Positions 1 to 12,009 are shown, counted from the first letter of the stretch. The stretch is DNA of 64,000 bases from an uncultured Spirochaetota bacterium (GCA_963781885.1 CAWAHW010000001.1:612615-676614), one strand, 5' to 3'. Translations and numbers: made by a program. Notes: a model not told the origin generated them from the sequence alone.

Positions 1-1870
1 TCGTATAAGCGTACGCGATCAGGTCGCGATGGATGTCCACGACCTTGTGCCGCACGAGCTTCATCATGGAGTTGACGGTCCCGTTCTTCTCATTGAAAGG
101 CTCCGGCACGATCTGGAAGACAGAAGGCACCCACGCGAGCTGCACCTTTTTCGCCCGGGGATCGGTGCGGAACCCGTAGAGCTCATCCTTGAGGAGCCGC
201 AGGAGATCGTCCGCCGCCGTGATGCCGCGCTCCTTGACGAGCCGTTCCACCTTCGCGGTGTCCAGGGTGACGAGTGCGATCGTATACTTGCAGTGATCGC
301 AGTACGCCATGATTTGGTCAATGAGGTCCGTCGAGGTGGTGACCGCCTCCTCGATGTCCTCCGGGCTGTACTTTTCCCCGTCCTCGGCGATGAGCAGCGC
401 CTTCTCCCTGCCCACCACGGCAAGGAAGCCGTCCTTGTCCATGAAGGCGAGATCCCCCGTGTACAGCCAGCCGTCGCGCAGGGCCGCTGCCGTGGCCTCG
501 GGATTGTGGAAATATCCCTTCATCACGTTGCCGCCCCTGATGACGATCTCTCCCGTCTCCCCGGTCTGCGCCAGGCTGCCGTCAGGCTTCACGATCTTGA
601 GCTCGATGGATTGCATGAGGATGCCCGACGTGCCGAACTTGTGCTTCGGCGGGGTATTCACGCTGATGACGGGCGCCGCCTCCGTGAGGCCGTAGCCCTG
701 GTAGACGGGCACCCCCAGCGCGCTGAAGAACTCCTGCTGCTTCACGTCCAGGAGCGCGCCCCCGCCGACGCAGAAACGGATGGAGCGGCCGAAGACTTTT
801 TTCCGGATCGTCCCAAATACGAGAAGCCGCGCCAGCGCATAGGGGAAGAAGCTCCGAAGGCGCACGCCGAAGGACGGGCGATTGAAGCCGTTGCCATTCC
901 AGGCAATGCCCGCGGCAATGCCCGCCTTGAAGATCTTCTCTATGATTCCCCCCTTCTCCTCGATCCCGGCAATGATCTTCTTCATGAAGTTGCCCGAGAG
1001 GGAGGGCACCGTGAAGAGGAAATGGGACTGCGCCTCCAGCATGTTGATCGGGATGTTCCGCAGCGTGCCGATCCCCCCGCCGCGCGAATCCACGAAGTAG
1101 AGGGAGACGCCGCAGACCAGGGCCGTGTAGAGACCCGATGTGTGGGCGAAAGAATGGTCCACCGGGAGGATGATGAGGGACCGCCACCCGGGCGGGAGGG
1201 GGATCGCCTTCACGCCATCCTGACAGTTCGTCCAGTAGTTCAGGTGCGTGAGCATGATGCCCTTGGGGTTGCCGGTTGTGCCGGAGGTGTAGCTGATGGT
1301 GACCGTGTCATCTTCCTGGATCGATGCGGTGATCGCGTCCAGCTCGGTCCCCCTGCTCTGCAGCACGACGCGGCCGGCCGCGCGCGCTTCATCGAAGCCC
1401 GTCACCCGGTCCTCCGCCACCCCGTGCGCGGTCGCCTCCGCCCGGGCCCATGCGGGGTCGTCGTCGAGGTAGACGATCCTCACCGTCGTGTCATGCACGG
1501 AGCGCAACGCGCCGAGTGCCTTGCGGAGCTGGTTTTTCGTGGTGATGATGCCTTTTGCCCCCGAGTGATTGATGCGGAAAGGTATCTCTTCCTCCAGCAG
1601 CTTGATGGAAAGCGGCACGGAAACGCAGCCTGCCAGGAGCAGGCCGAGCTCGCTCACGATCCATTCGGGTGACCCTTCGGCGATGATCGCCATCGCGTCC
1701 CCCCGGGCCGCGCCCGTGGAGAGCACCCACCCGGCGAACTCGCGTGCCCGTTCGCGCGCCTCCACGAAGGAGATGGTCGCCCATCCTGCATCGGTCTTGC
1801 GGTGCGCGTACGGGGCAGTCCCCCACGCCTCCGCGGCCTCATCGAGCATCCGCACGACTGTCCGGTTCAT
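1..1870 (-). CDS. Long-chain fatty acid-CoA ligase (AMP-binding), 3' end runs off the window
   Basis: Manual translation from ATG 1870 (MNRTVVRMLDEAAEAW...). Contains the YTSGTTGNPKG P-loop, YQGYGLTEA and GWLYTGD motifs. Missing from the ORF track because its stop lies outside the window. Confidence 0.9.
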   Translation of the reverse strand, partial: MNRTVVRMLDEAAEAWGTAPYAHRKTDAGWATISFVEARERAREFAGWVLSTGAARGDAMAIIAEGSPEWIVSELGLLLAGCVSVPLSIKLLEEEIPFRINHSGAKGIITTKNQLRKALGALRSVHDTTVRIVYLDDDPAWARAEATAHGVAEDRVTGFDEARAAGRVVLQSRGTELDAITASIQEDDTVTISYTSGTTGNPKGIMLTHLNYWTNCQDGVKAIPLPPGWRSLIILPVDHSFAHTSGLYTALVCGVSLYFVDSRGGGIGTLRNIPINMLEAQSHFLFTVPSLSGNFMKKIIAGIEEKGGIIEKIFKAGIAAGIAWNGNGFNRPSFGVRLRSFFPYALARLLVFGTIRKKVFGRSIRFCVGGGALLDVKQQEFFSALGVPVYQGYGLTEAAPVISVNTPPKHKFGTSGILMQSIELKIVKPDGSLAQTGETGEIVIRGGNVMKGYFHNPEATAAALRDGWLYTGDLAFMDKDGFLAVVGREKALLIAEDGEKYSPEDIEEAVTTSTDLIDQIMAYCDHCKYTIALVTLDTAKVERLVKERGITAADDLLRLLKDELYGFRTDPRAKKVQLAWVPSVFQIVPEPFNEKNGTVNSMMKLVRHKVVDIHRDLIAYAYT

Positions 1871-1994
1871 CCCTGCACCGTAGCACGCCCGGGATGCGCG
1901 GTAAAGCAAAAAGCGGCCTCCGGGGACTCGCGGCGGGCGGGACATGCCGACGCGGCTCTGCTATACTGGGAGCTCTGATGGAGACGCCCGGCCT

Positions 1995-3755
1995 TTGAAA
2001 ACCCGGTTCCACTTTGCAGTACCCAGATTCCGCAAGATCTCGACGAAAGTGATCGCTTCTTTCGTCACGATCCTTCTTCTCCAGGCCCTTCTCTCCATCG
2101 TCACGTTGAATTACTTCACCCGGCAGGCCATGGAGACCTCCCTGGACGACCAGCGGGAGAAGACCCGCCGCCTCATCGAGCAGTACTTCAGCGACGCGCG
2201 CAAGGAGGTGATCATCAAGGCGGACCTCCTGGCGGGCCAGGCACGCATCGTGGACTACCTCCGAACGGGAGACCCTGACACCCTGCGGGGGGAGCTGGAG
2301 TTCTACCGCGGAGCCCTCGATCTGGATGCCGTGACCGTGATCGACCCCAGCGGGGAGAGCATCGTGAGCGTCGGCAACCCCGAGATCGCGGGCGTGCTGC
2401 ACCGGCGCAACCTCGTCGACGTCCTGGAGCATGGGGAGACGAGCACGATCGCCGGGGAAGGCGACAGGATCCACCTCTGGGGGCTCCACGACATCGTGTC
2501 GGGCAGGAGACGCGTCGCCGTGCTGGGTGTCGCCGTGAGCCTCGACCGCGCATTCATCGCGCGCATCGAGGACATCTCCAACACGTCGATGCTGCTCACC
2601 CTGCATCGCACCATCCCCGTCAACGGCCATCTCTCCGACGCGACATTCATCGAGTACAGCCGGCGCATCACGGCCGATCCCGAGGCCGGCAACACCGGGC
2701 GCATCGGCACGTTCGTCTACCGCACGACTCACCTGCCCGACTTCCCCGACCTGGAGATGGTGTACTTCATCGACACGGCGCCGAGCTTCAAGGTTCTCAA
2801 CTTCTACGTGACGTCGTCGCTCATCATCCTGGGCATCGTTTTGGCGTTTGCCTTCGCCATCTCGCTCGTGCTCTATCGATACAGCTTCCTGAAACCCTTC
2901 AACGCGTTCCAGGACGCCATCCGCAAGATATCGCGGGGTGACCTCTCGTTCCGCATCTCGCGCCCCGGCGAGGACGAGTTCGCCGACCTGGAGCGCGAGT
3001 TCGAGCAGATGACCACCAATCTCACGAAGCTCGAGCAGAAGCTCCAGATCAGCTCCCGCATGGCCGCCATCGGCGAAATGGTCGCAGGGGTGGCGCACCA
3101 GATCCGCAACCCTCTGGCCATCATGAAGGTGTCCGCGGAGATGATCCGCGACAGCCTTCCCGGAGGCCCCGACGGCAACGGCGCGGCGCGCGCGCCCCAC
3201 CCGCTCGGCGCCCCGGGGAACACGCGCCAGCTCATCGAGATGATCGTGAGCGAGATCAATTCCCTGTCCTCGACCGTGTCGAGCTTCCTCGACTTCGCCC
3301 GTCCGCTGCGCGCACAGATCGAGCAGGTGGACGTCCAGAGCTTCCTCACGCATGCGGTCGCCATGCTTCCCGTCGGGGAGCAGCCCCACGCGCGGGTGAC
3401 GGTGCAGGTCGACCCGGACGTCCGCCAGGCCTGCCTCGACCGGCATCTCATGGAGCAGCTCGTCCACAACCTGCTCACGAACGCGCTCCAGGCCTCGCCG
3501 CCGGACGGGGAGGTCCTTCTCTGCGCGGACAGGAGGGACGGGAGGCTGCATCTGCGGGTGAAGGACATGGGCCGCGGCATGAACGACGAGGTGAAGACGC
3601 AGATATTCCGGCCCTTCTTCACGACGAAGAGCGACGGCACGGGTCTCGGGCTCTCCATCGTCCACCGCATCGTCGAGGTGCACGGCGGGGCGATCGACGT
3701 GCGCTCCGCGCCGGGGCAGGGGACGGAGTTCGAGATCACGCTCCAGGAATGCTGA
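1995..3755 (+). CDS. Membrane sensor histidine kinase (extracytoplasmic sensor domain, HAMP, HisKA, HATPase)
   Basis: ORF 1944..3755 with two TM helices, H-box AHQIRNPL, NLLTNA, and FFTTK..GTGLGL. Start codon uncertain; TTG 1995 chosen. Confidence 0.9.
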   Translation: MKTRFHFAVPRFRKISTKVIASFVTILLLQALLSIVTLNYFTRQAMETSLDDQREKTRRLIEQYFSDARKEVIIKADLLAGQARIVDYLRTGDPDTLRGELEFYRGALDLDAVTVIDPSGESIVSVGNPEIAGVLHRRNLVDVLEHGETSTIAGEGDRIHLWGLHDIVSGRRRVAVLGVAVSLDRAFIARIEDISNTSMLLTLHRTIPVNGHLSDATFIEYSRRITADPEAGNTGRIGTFVYRTTHLPDFPDLEMVYFIDTAPSFKVLNFYVTSSLIILGIVLAFAFAISLVLYRYSFLKPFNAFQDAIRKISRGDLSFRISRPGEDEFADLEREFEQMTTNLTKLEQKLQISSRMAAIGEMVAGVAHQIRNPLAIMKVSAEMIRDSLPGGPDGNGAARAPHPLGAPGNTRQLIEMIVSEINSLSSTVSSFLDFARPLRAQIEQVDVQSFLTHAVAMLPVGEQPHARVTVQVDPDVRQACLDRHLMEQLVHNLLTNALQASPPDGEVLLCADRRDGRLHLRVKDMGRGMNDEVKTQIFRPFFTTKSDGTGLGLSIVHRIVEVHGGAIDVRSAPGQGTEFEITLQEC

Positions 3756-3761
3756 GGTGTC

Positions 3762-5132
3762 ATGTCGCTGAAACGGGTGCTCGTCGTGGACGACGAGAAG
3801 AACATGCAGACGGTGCTGAAGATCCTCTTCGATGGCGAGGGCTTCCAGACCACGTGCGTCAACGACGGCCTCCAGGCTCTTGCGCTCCTGGATGCCGGCG
3901 AGCGCTTCGGCGCGATCATCTCCGACTTCAAGATGGACGGGCTGGACGGGCTGGGGCTCCTCCGCGGCATCCGCGAGCGGGAGCTGCAGATCCCCTTCGT
4001 GCTCGTCACCGCGCATGGCACCATTGAGATGGCCGTGGAAGCCATGAAGCTCGGGGCGGTGGACGTCGTCACGAAGCCCTTCACCAAGGAGCTCGTGCTC
4101 GCGATCGTGTCCCGCATCATCAAGCTTTCCAGTCTCGAGGACGAGAACCTCATCCTCAAGTCCACGCAGAAGCAGGACGAGCTCATCTATTGCTCGACCG
4201 CGATGACGGAGATCGCCACTCTCATCACCCGCATCGGGCCGGTCGCCGCGCCCGTGCTCCTGACCGGGGAGAGCGGGACCGGCAAGGAAGTGGTGGCCCG
4301 CAACATCCACCGCGCCTACGCGGGGGGCGCCTTCGATGCGCGTCCCTTCGTGTCGGTCAATTGTCCCGCCGTCCCCGAGAACCTGCTGGAGAGCGAGCTT
4401 TTCGGCTACCGCAAGGGCGCCTTCACCGGCGCGAATCAGGACTTCAAGGGGAAGGTGGAGCTCGCCGACGGCGGCACGGTCTTCTTCGACGAGATCGGGG
4501 ACCTGCCCTCCGGTCTCCAGCCCAAGCTCCTGCGGCTGATGGAGGCACGCACCTACGAGCCCCTGGGCTCGGGCAAGACGAAGAAGGTGGACATCCGCGT
4601 CATCTGCGCGACGAACCGCAATCTCAAGCGCCTCGCGCGCGAGGGGACGTTCCGCGAGGACCTTCTCTACCGGATCAACACATTCACGATCGAGATCCCG
4701 CCGCTGCGCGATCGGCGCGAGGATGTGCCCGTGCTTGCGGAGTACTTTCTGTCCTTGTTCGCCGCGGAGATGCGGAAGCCGATCAAGGGCATCTCCCTCG
4801 CGGCACTCGAGATCCTGCGCGGCTATTCCTGGCCGGGGAATATCCGGGAGCTGCGCAACGTGCTCGAGCGCGCCGTCGTGCTGTGCGCCGGCCGTGACAT
4901 CGAGCCAGAGGACCTGCCCCAGGACCTGCGATTCGCGGTCAGCGCCCGACGTGAAACCCCGGAAGGCGCCAATACCATAGAAGTGGTGGAGAGGTCCCTG
5001 ATTGTCGACGCCCTGGAAAGCGCGAAGGGGAATATCTCGGCCGCGGCACGAATCCTGGGCATCACCCGCAACACGCTCCGTTACCGAATCCGCAAGTATG
5101 AGATAAACGTGGATTTTGATAAGGACGAGTAA
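3762..5132 (+). CDS. Sigma54-dependent NtrC/AtoC-family response regulator
   Basis: REC domain, GESGTGKE Walker A, GAFTGA, WPGNIREL, and a C-terminal Fis-type HTH. Confidence 0.95.
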   Translation: MSLKRVLVVDDEKNMQTVLKILFDGEGFQTTCVNDGLQALALLDAGERFGAIISDFKMDGLDGLGLLRGIRERELQIPFVLVTAHGTIEMAVEAMKLGAVDVVTKPFTKELVLAIVSRIIKLSSLEDENLILKSTQKQDELIYCSTAMTEIATLITRIGPVAAPVLLTGESGTGKEVVARNIHRAYAGGAFDARPFVSVNCPAVPENLLESELFGYRKGAFTGANQDFKGKVELADGGTVFFDEIGDLPSGLQPKLLRLMEARTYEPLGSGKTKKVDIRVICATNRNLKRLAREGTFREDLLYRINTFTIEIPPLRDRREDVPVLAEYFLSLFAAEMRKPIKGISLAALEILRGYSWPGNIRELRNVLERAVVLCAGRDIEPEDLPQDLRFAVSARRETPEGANTIEVVERSLIVDALESAKGNISAAARILGITRNTLRYRIRKYEINVDFDKDE

Positions 5133-5138
5133 CAGACT

Positions 5139-5176
5139 GTGGTTTAAAAGAACCACCAATGCCCAAAACGAACCAC
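5139..5176. promoter_or_regulatory. Candidate enhancer (UAS) pair for the sigma54 activator
   Basis: Palindrome GTGGTT-N6-AACCAC at 5139-5156, followed 20 bp later by a degenerate copy ending AACCAC at 5171-5176. Confidence 0.5.
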
Positions 5177-5508
5177 TAATTCATGCTTGTGGCAATACGT
5201 TAATGCCTTTTTCCTGCGTGGCCCTTCAATAATCTTTGTCTATTGCGGAGACAGCGCCAGGGTAAAGATATCTCATTAAGCGTATAAAATCCAATTTTCG
5301 CTGTGAGCGGGACATTTAGGAATGTACGATCGTTTTCCTAATTCTTGGTAATGCATGCCTTTGCAGCCGATGCCCTTCCACGGCGCAAAAAAAAAGGGGA
5401 AGAACTTCTGGCTGGATCAAGCGCCGATCAGCCACGTCGGCTCGAAGGAAAAAACCAGGCGTGGCGAAAAGGGTTATGAAAAGAGATATATCATCGAATT
5501 TTGCCTTG

Positions 5509-5525
5509 TTGGCATGGTTCTGGCA
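5509..5525 (+). promoter_or_regulatory. Sigma54 -24/-12 promoter of xylFGH
   Basis: TTGGCATGGTTCTGGCA has GG and GC at the consensus spacing, about 38 bp before GTG 5563 and its GGAGG RBS. Confidence 0.75.
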
Positions 5526-5562
5526 TCTAGAAAGCGCATATCACACTCAAGGAGGGATTAGA

Positions 5563-6615
5563 GTGAAGAAACTAACAGTATTTGCCATTGCAATCGTTGC
5601 ATTGGCGGCGCTGGCTCTTACGAGCTGCGGGGCTCCCGCGAAGCCGAAGATCGGGCTTTCGTTCTCCGATTTCGCGACCGAGCGCTGGCCGATCGAGCGC
5701 GACGCAATGACCAAGATCCTGAAGGACAACGGCTACGACGTCCTTGTTCAGGAAGCCAACCATGACGCGAAGCTCCAGAACGACCAGATCAAGAACATGG
5801 TCACCCAGGGAGCCAAGGTCATCGTCGTTGTCGCCGAAGACGGCGACTCTGCCGCGACCGCGGTCGACGACGTGACCAAGAAGGGCGTCAAGGTCATCTC
5901 CTATGACCGGTTGATCAAGTCGACCAACATCGCCGCCTACGTGTCCTTCGACAACGTGGACGTCGGCCGCAACCAGGCGAAGGGCATTCTCGCGGCGAAG
6001 GACTCTGGCCGCTTCGTGCTCCTCGGCGGAAGCCCCACCGACAACAACGCCCACCTGGTCCGCAAAGGCCAGTTGGAAGTTCTGCAGCCCTCCATCGATG
6101 CCGGCAAGATCAAGATCGTTGCCGATCAGTGGGTTGAGAACTGGGACCCCGCCAATGCAAAGAAGTTGATGGAGAACATCATCACGGCCACCGGCAAGAA
6201 GTTCGACGCAGTCGTTGCCTCGAATGACGGCACGGCGCTTGGCGCTCTTGAAGCCATGAAGGTCGTCGGCCTCGCTGGCAAGGCTCCCATTTCCGGCCAG
6301 GACGCCACGGCAGCAGGCTGCAACTCGATCGCGCGCGGTGAGCTCACCGTCACGATCCTGAAGGACACCCGCAAGCTGGTCCCGCTCGCCATGGATCTTG
6401 CGATGAATCTTGCGAAGGGTACGGCCCTGACGGGTCTTACCCCGACCTCCCTCGCAGACCTCACTGGCGACGCCTCGAAGACCGGCATGGTGCCCTGCAG
6501 CTTCCTCCAGGTTCAGCAGGTGACCAAGGACAACGTGAAGCAGCTCGTTGTCGACTCCGGCTTCCAGACCTACGAGGACGTGTACAAGGACGTCAAGAAC
6601 CCGCCCGCAAAGTAG
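5563..6615 (+). CDS. xylF: D-xylose-type sugar ABC transporter substrate-binding lipoprotein
   Basis: ERW..ERD, YDRLI, GGSPTDNNA, SNDGTALG and SGQDA are XylF motifs. Lipobox LTSC; GGAGG RBS before GTG. Confidence 0.85.
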   Translation: MKKLTVFAIAIVALAALALTSCGAPAKPKIGLSFSDFATERWPIERDAMTKILKDNGYDVLVQEANHDAKLQNDQIKNMVTQGAKVIVVVAEDGDSAATAVDDVTKKGVKVISYDRLIKSTNIAAYVSFDNVDVGRNQAKGILAAKDSGRFVLLGGSPTDNNAHLVRKGQLEVLQPSIDAGKIKIVADQWVENWDPANAKKLMENIITATGKKFDAVVASNDGTALGALEAMKVVGLAGKAPISGQDATAAGCNSIARGELTVTILKDTRKLVPLAMDLAMNLAKGTALTGLTPTSLADLTGDASKTGMVPCSFLQVQQVTKDNVKQLVVDSGFQTYEDVYKDVKNPPAK

Positions 6616-6645
6616 TCTCTCTTTTCTTTCTCGAACAGATTCCGT

Positions 6646-6667
6646 CCGGCCCCCATCAGGGGGCCGG
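6646..6667 (+). terminator. Intra-operon stem-loop after the binding-protein gene
   Basis: CCGGCCCCC...GGGGGCCGG hairpin between xylF and xylG. Confidence 0.5.
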
Positions 6668-6687
6668 GCTTTATCGGGGGTCCCAAA

Positions 6688-8226
<1,539 letters not shown>

Positions 8227-8230
8227 GCGC

Positions 8231-9457
8231 ATGTTGAATTCCCTGGTCCAGGTCTTTCGGAGAAATCTCCGTTCCTACATCCTGATCATCGCCTTGGCGG
8301 TCATCTGGCTTGCCTTCGGGATCTCAGCTCCCAACTATTGGTCGGGGGATCAGATCCAGAACATTCTGAGCCAGATGGCGATCATTGCCATCATGGCCAC
8401 CGGCATGGTGTTCGTCATCGTGACGGGCGGCATCGACCTCTCCGTGGGATACGGCGCCGGCTTCGTCTCGGTCGTTGCCGCGGCCCTTCTGTACTACGGG
8501 ATCGTGGAAAGGCCCATTCACGCCCTTTTCCCGGGCATCGACACGCTCACACTCGAGGTGCTCACCGCGGTCATGACCGTCCTCATCTGCATGGCTCTCG
8601 GTGTCGCGATGGGCATTTTCCAGGGCGGCATCATCGCTTATCTCGGCGTGCCGCCATTCATTGTCACGCTCGGCGGCCTCTATATCTTCAAGTCGGGAAT
8701 CCTCCTTGTCACCCAGGGAAAGTCGCTGTTCATCTCCTCCAACGACACCTACAAATTCATTGCCCAGGGGTTGATCCCCCCATTGCCCGGGTTTGTCATA
8801 GCCATTCTCGTTGCCGTCGCCCTTTTTGTGTTCGTCTTTATCGGCCGGGCGCGCAAGCAGAAATACGGCATCGAGACCGGCTCCCTTATCCTGGATCTCG
8901 TGAAGGCGGCCATCTTCTCGATCCTGATCTTCGGCTACGTCATCATCGTCAACCGCACATTCGATCCCACCTCGGACCCCAACCAACGCGGAGTGCCATT
9001 CCTCGTGCTCATCCTCGCCGTGATCGTGGTGCTGATGAGCTATGTCTCCAACAACACGCGTTTCGGTCGCTACGCCTACGCAATCGGCGGCAACAGGGAA
9101 GCGGCGCGGCTCTCGGGCATCAACATCAAGAAGTCCATCTTCCTGATCTTCGTCACCATGGGCGCCCTCATGGGCGTGTCGGGTATCGCGCTGGCGGCAT
9201 ATGTCGGCTCGGGCACGACAGCCGCAGGCCAGAGCTATGAGCTGGACGTCATCGCGAGCTGTATCCTCGGCGGCACCTCGACGCTCGGTGGTGAAGGCAC
9301 GGTGTTCGGCGCCATTGTCGGCGCGCTGATCCTCCAGTCGCTGCTGAACGGCCTCCAGATGATGAACGTGAACTCCAACGTGCAGTACCTCATCCGCGGT
9401 CTCGTGCTCATCCTCGCGGTTTGGGCAGACATCGCGCTGAAGAAGAAGAAGGTGTAG
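8231..9457 (+). CDS. xylH: Sugar ABC transporter permease
   Basis: IDLSVG, PPFIVTLGG, GGNREAARLSGI and YELDVIA; multi-TM. Confidence 0.88.
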   Translation: MLNSLVQVFRRNLRSYILIIALAVIWLAFGISAPNYWSGDQIQNILSQMAIIAIMATGMVFVIVTGGIDLSVGYGAGFVSVVAAALLYYGIVERPIHALFPGIDTLTLEVLTAVMTVLICMALGVAMGIFQGGIIAYLGVPPFIVTLGGLYIFKSGILLVTQGKSLFISSNDTYKFIAQGLIPPLPGFVIAILVAVALFVFVFIGRARKQKYGIETGSLILDLVKAAIFSILIFGYVIIVNRTFDPTSDPNQRGVPFLVLILAVIVVLMSYVSNNTRFGRYAYAIGGNREAARLSGINIKKSIFLIFVTMGALMGVSGIALAAYVGSGTTAAGQSYELDVIASCILGGTSTLGGEGTVFGAIVGALILQSLLNGLQMMNVNSNVQYLIRGLVLILAVWADIALKKKKV

Positions 9458-9589
9458 CCAGGGATGCGAGCGCCGAACGGCGACCGAGGGCGCTGCCGCT
9501 CCTGGCGGAGTTGGATGGCCGGACAGCGAGAGCCCGAAGCGCAGGGCACGCGCAAGCGCGGTAGGGGATCACGTGCGCGAGGACGACAC

Positions 9590-9622
9590 ACAACGGGGGC
9601 CCCACGGCCCCCGTTGTCGTTT
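9590..9622 (+). terminator. Intrinsic terminator-like hairpin
   Basis: ACAACGGGGGCC-ccac-GGCCCCCGTTGT followed by CGTTT. Confidence 0.6.
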
Positions 9623-9665
9623 CCAGACCCCTGTTCCCTCCGTATATTGATGACAGGAGGAGAAG

Positions 9666-10385
9666 GTGGCGGTGCCGCAGCGTGCGCTCATCATCGAGGA
9701 CGACCAGGACATCGCGGAAGTCGTGGAGATGAACCTCCGCGACCTCGGCCTGGAAACCGAACGGGCCGCGGACGGCCGGGCGGGCCTGCAGAAAGCGCTG
9801 GAACGGCCGTACGCGCTGATCGTCCTGGACCTGATGCTGCCGAAGCTGGACGGGCTTTCCGTCTGCACGCGCATCCGCGAAAAAAGCCCCGCCACCCCCA
9901 TCCTCATGCTCACGGCCAAGGCGGAAGAGATCGACCGCGTGCTCGGTCTGGAGATGGGGGCCGATGACTACGTGACGAAGCCCTTCAGCATTCGCGAGCT
10001 GGTGGCGCGCGTGAAGGCGCTCCTGCGCCGCGTCCAGGTGGACCGCGACGCCGCGGCCCCGCCCGCTGATGGGACGGTGGAGGTGGGCGACATCGCCCTG
10101 GACCTCACGAAGCGGCGCGTGACCCGCTCCGGAGCGCCCCTGGCACTCACCGTGAAGGAGTTCGATCTCCTGGCGCTGCTCGTCCGCAACCCCGGACGGA
10201 CCTACAGCCGCGCCGACCTGCTCAACCTCGTCTGGGGCTACCAGTTCGAAGGCTACGAGCACACGGTGAATTCGCACATCAATCGCCTGCGCGCGAAGAT
10301 CGAAAACGACCCCGGGCATCCGCGCTACCTCCAGACGGTCTGGGGCATCGGCTACCGGTTCTCCGAGCCGGGAGAGCTCGCCTGA
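9666..10385 (+). CDS. OmpR/PhoB-family response regulator
   Basis: REC domain (LDLMLP, GADDYVTKPF) plus winged helix (TVWGIGY); GGAGG RBS before GTG. Confidence 0.95.
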   Translation: MAVPQRALIIEDDQDIAEVVEMNLRDLGLETERAADGRAGLQKALERPYALIVLDLMLPKLDGLSVCTRIREKSPATPILMLTAKAEEIDRVLGLEMGADDYVTKPFSIRELVARVKALLRRVQVDRDAAAPPADGTVEVGDIALDLTKRRVTRSGAPLALTVKEFDLLALLVRNPGRTYSRADLLNLVWGYQFEGYEHTVNSHINRLRAKIENDPGHPRYLQTVWGIGYRFSEPGELA

Positions 10386-11851
10386 TGCGGGGTCCGTTCG
10401 GCTCTTTCTACGGGCGGCTTTCCACCATTTTTCTCCTCCTCATCCTCGCACTGGGCGGCGGCTGCATCTCCATTGCGTTTCGCTCCGCCTCACTCCTGTT
10501 CGACGACGTGGAGCAGCTCCTGAACAGGGGATACGCGAGAAGCATCGCGGAAGAAATCGCGCCGATCGTCGCGGGGGGATTCTCCGAAGAGAAGCTGAAG
10601 AGCGCCATCCACTACATGATGGTCCTCAATCCCATGGTGGAGATCTATCTCCTCGATGCGCAGGGCAAGATCCTGGCCTACTTCCTGAACCCGTCGGAGG
10701 CCATCGCGCGGGACCGGGTCGACCTCGCGCCGGTCCGCGCCTTCGTCTCGGGAGAGGGCACGCGGCTCACCCTGGGCCCCGATCCCCGCAGCGCCAGCCG
10801 CAGCCGCCCCTTTTCCGCGGCCACGGTGCGCATGGGCAGTGAGATGGGCTACGTCTACATCATCCTGGGCGGCGAGCGCTATGACGCCTCCCTCCGCATG
10901 ATCCGCGACAGCTACTACCTGCGCACCGGTTTCATCGCGTTCCTCCTTGCGCTCGCCGCGACGCTCATCATCGGCCTCACGCTCTTCTCCCTGCTGACGC
11001 GGCGCCTCACCTCCCTGAGCGACGCGGTGCGCGGTTTCGAGCGCGGCGATCTTGGCCGACGCGTGGTGGTGAAGGGAAGGGACGAGCTGGGCGCCCTTGC
11101 GCGGAGCTTCAATGACATGGCGGCCACCATCGAGGCGGACGTCGACAGGCTGCGCGCGGAGGAGAACGTGCGCCGCGACCTTATCGGCAACATCTCCCAC
11201 GACCTCCGCAGTCCCCTCACCTCGCTCCAGGGCTACCTGGAAACGTTGGCGTTGAAAGAGGGGACGCTTTCTCCCGAGGAGAGGAAGCGCCTCCTGTCGA
11301 TCAGCCTGAAGAACGCGGAAAGCCTCCAGCGTCTCGTGGAGCAGCTCCTGGAGCTGGCAAAGCTCGACGCGCGCCAGGTCGATCTGGCCCGGGAGCCCAT
11401 CCCGCTTGCAGAGCTTGCCCAGGACGTGGCGCTGAAGCTTGCGCCGCAGGCCGAGCGCGCGCGAGTTTCCCTCACGGTCGAGGCGCCCGGGGACCTTCCC
11501 CTGGTCTCCTGCGACGTGGGCATGATCGAGCGGGTGCTCACGAACCTGATGGAGAACGCGCTCCACTTCACACCGGAAGGCGGCAGCGTCCGCGTGACAC
11601 TCGACGCCGCGTCCGGCGGCGTGCGCGTCGCGGTGGCCGATACCGGCGCGGGCATCGACGCGGAGGATCTGCCCCACGTCTTCGAGCGATTCTACCGGGC
11701 CGACAAGAGCCGCAACCGGAGGACCGGCGGCGCCGGCCTCGGGCTCGCCATCGCCCGGCAGATCGTGGAGCTGCACGGCGGGTCTCTTGCGGTGGAAAGC
11801 AGCCCCGGCAAGGGGGCGACCTTCACATTCGGTCTGGCCGCGGCACGCTAA
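10385..11851 (+). CDS. Sensor histidine kinase (HAMP, HisKA, HATPase)
   Basis: SHDLRSPL, NLMENA, FERFYR and GAGLGL; 1-bp overlap with the regulator gene. Confidence 0.95.
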   Translation: MRGPFGSFYGRLSTIFLLLILALGGGCISIAFRSASLLFDDVEQLLNRGYARSIAEEIAPIVAGGFSEEKLKSAIHYMMVLNPMVEIYLLDAQGKILAYFLNPSEAIARDRVDLAPVRAFVSGEGTRLTLGPDPRSASRSRPFSAATVRMGSEMGYVYIILGGERYDASLRMIRDSYYLRTGFIAFLLALAATLIIGLTLFSLLTRRLTSLSDAVRGFERGDLGRRVVVKGRDELGALARSFNDMAATIEADVDRLRAEENVRRDLIGNISHDLRSPLTSLQGYLETLALKEGTLSPEERKRLLSISLKNAESLQRLVEQLLELAKLDARQVDLAREPIPLAELAQDVALKLAPQAERARVSLTVEAPGDLPLVSCDVGMIERVLTNLMENALHFTPEGGSVRVTLDAASGGVRVAVADTGAGIDAEDLPHVFERFYRADKSRNRRTGGAGLGLAIARQIVELHGGSLAVESSPGKGATFTFGLAAAR

Positions 11852-11907
11852 AGGCGGCCGCGCGCCGCTGACTAAGCGCCCCGCCGCTTCGACCCTGCCT
11901 GAAGGGT

Positions 11908-11955
11908 GTGATCCTTTGTCCGCCGTTTTGTGACACTTTCGTGACCACGCGTGAG
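11908..11955 (+). promoter_or_regulatory. Candidate OmpR-type tandem binding sites
   Basis: GTGA half-sites at 11908, 11930, 11941 and 11951 (about 11-bp phasing) upstream of the trx-dipZ-msrAB operon. Confidence 0.55.
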
Positions 11956-12009
11956 TATTTTCTCCTCCAGACGGCATGGTCCACGGACGCGTGCCGAAAG
12001 GAGAAATCG

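Noticed and set aside
29-5159. Long ORFs 29..1672 (+) and 1839..5159 (-)
   Set aside because: They are antisense shadows of the acyl-CoA ligase and the TCS genes, as expected with high-GC codon bias, and show no recognisable motifs.
5355-5561. 68-aa ORF and the N-terminal extension of xylF from 5461
   Set aside because: Both overlap the sigma54 promoter region, and the RBS and signal peptide support GTG 5563.
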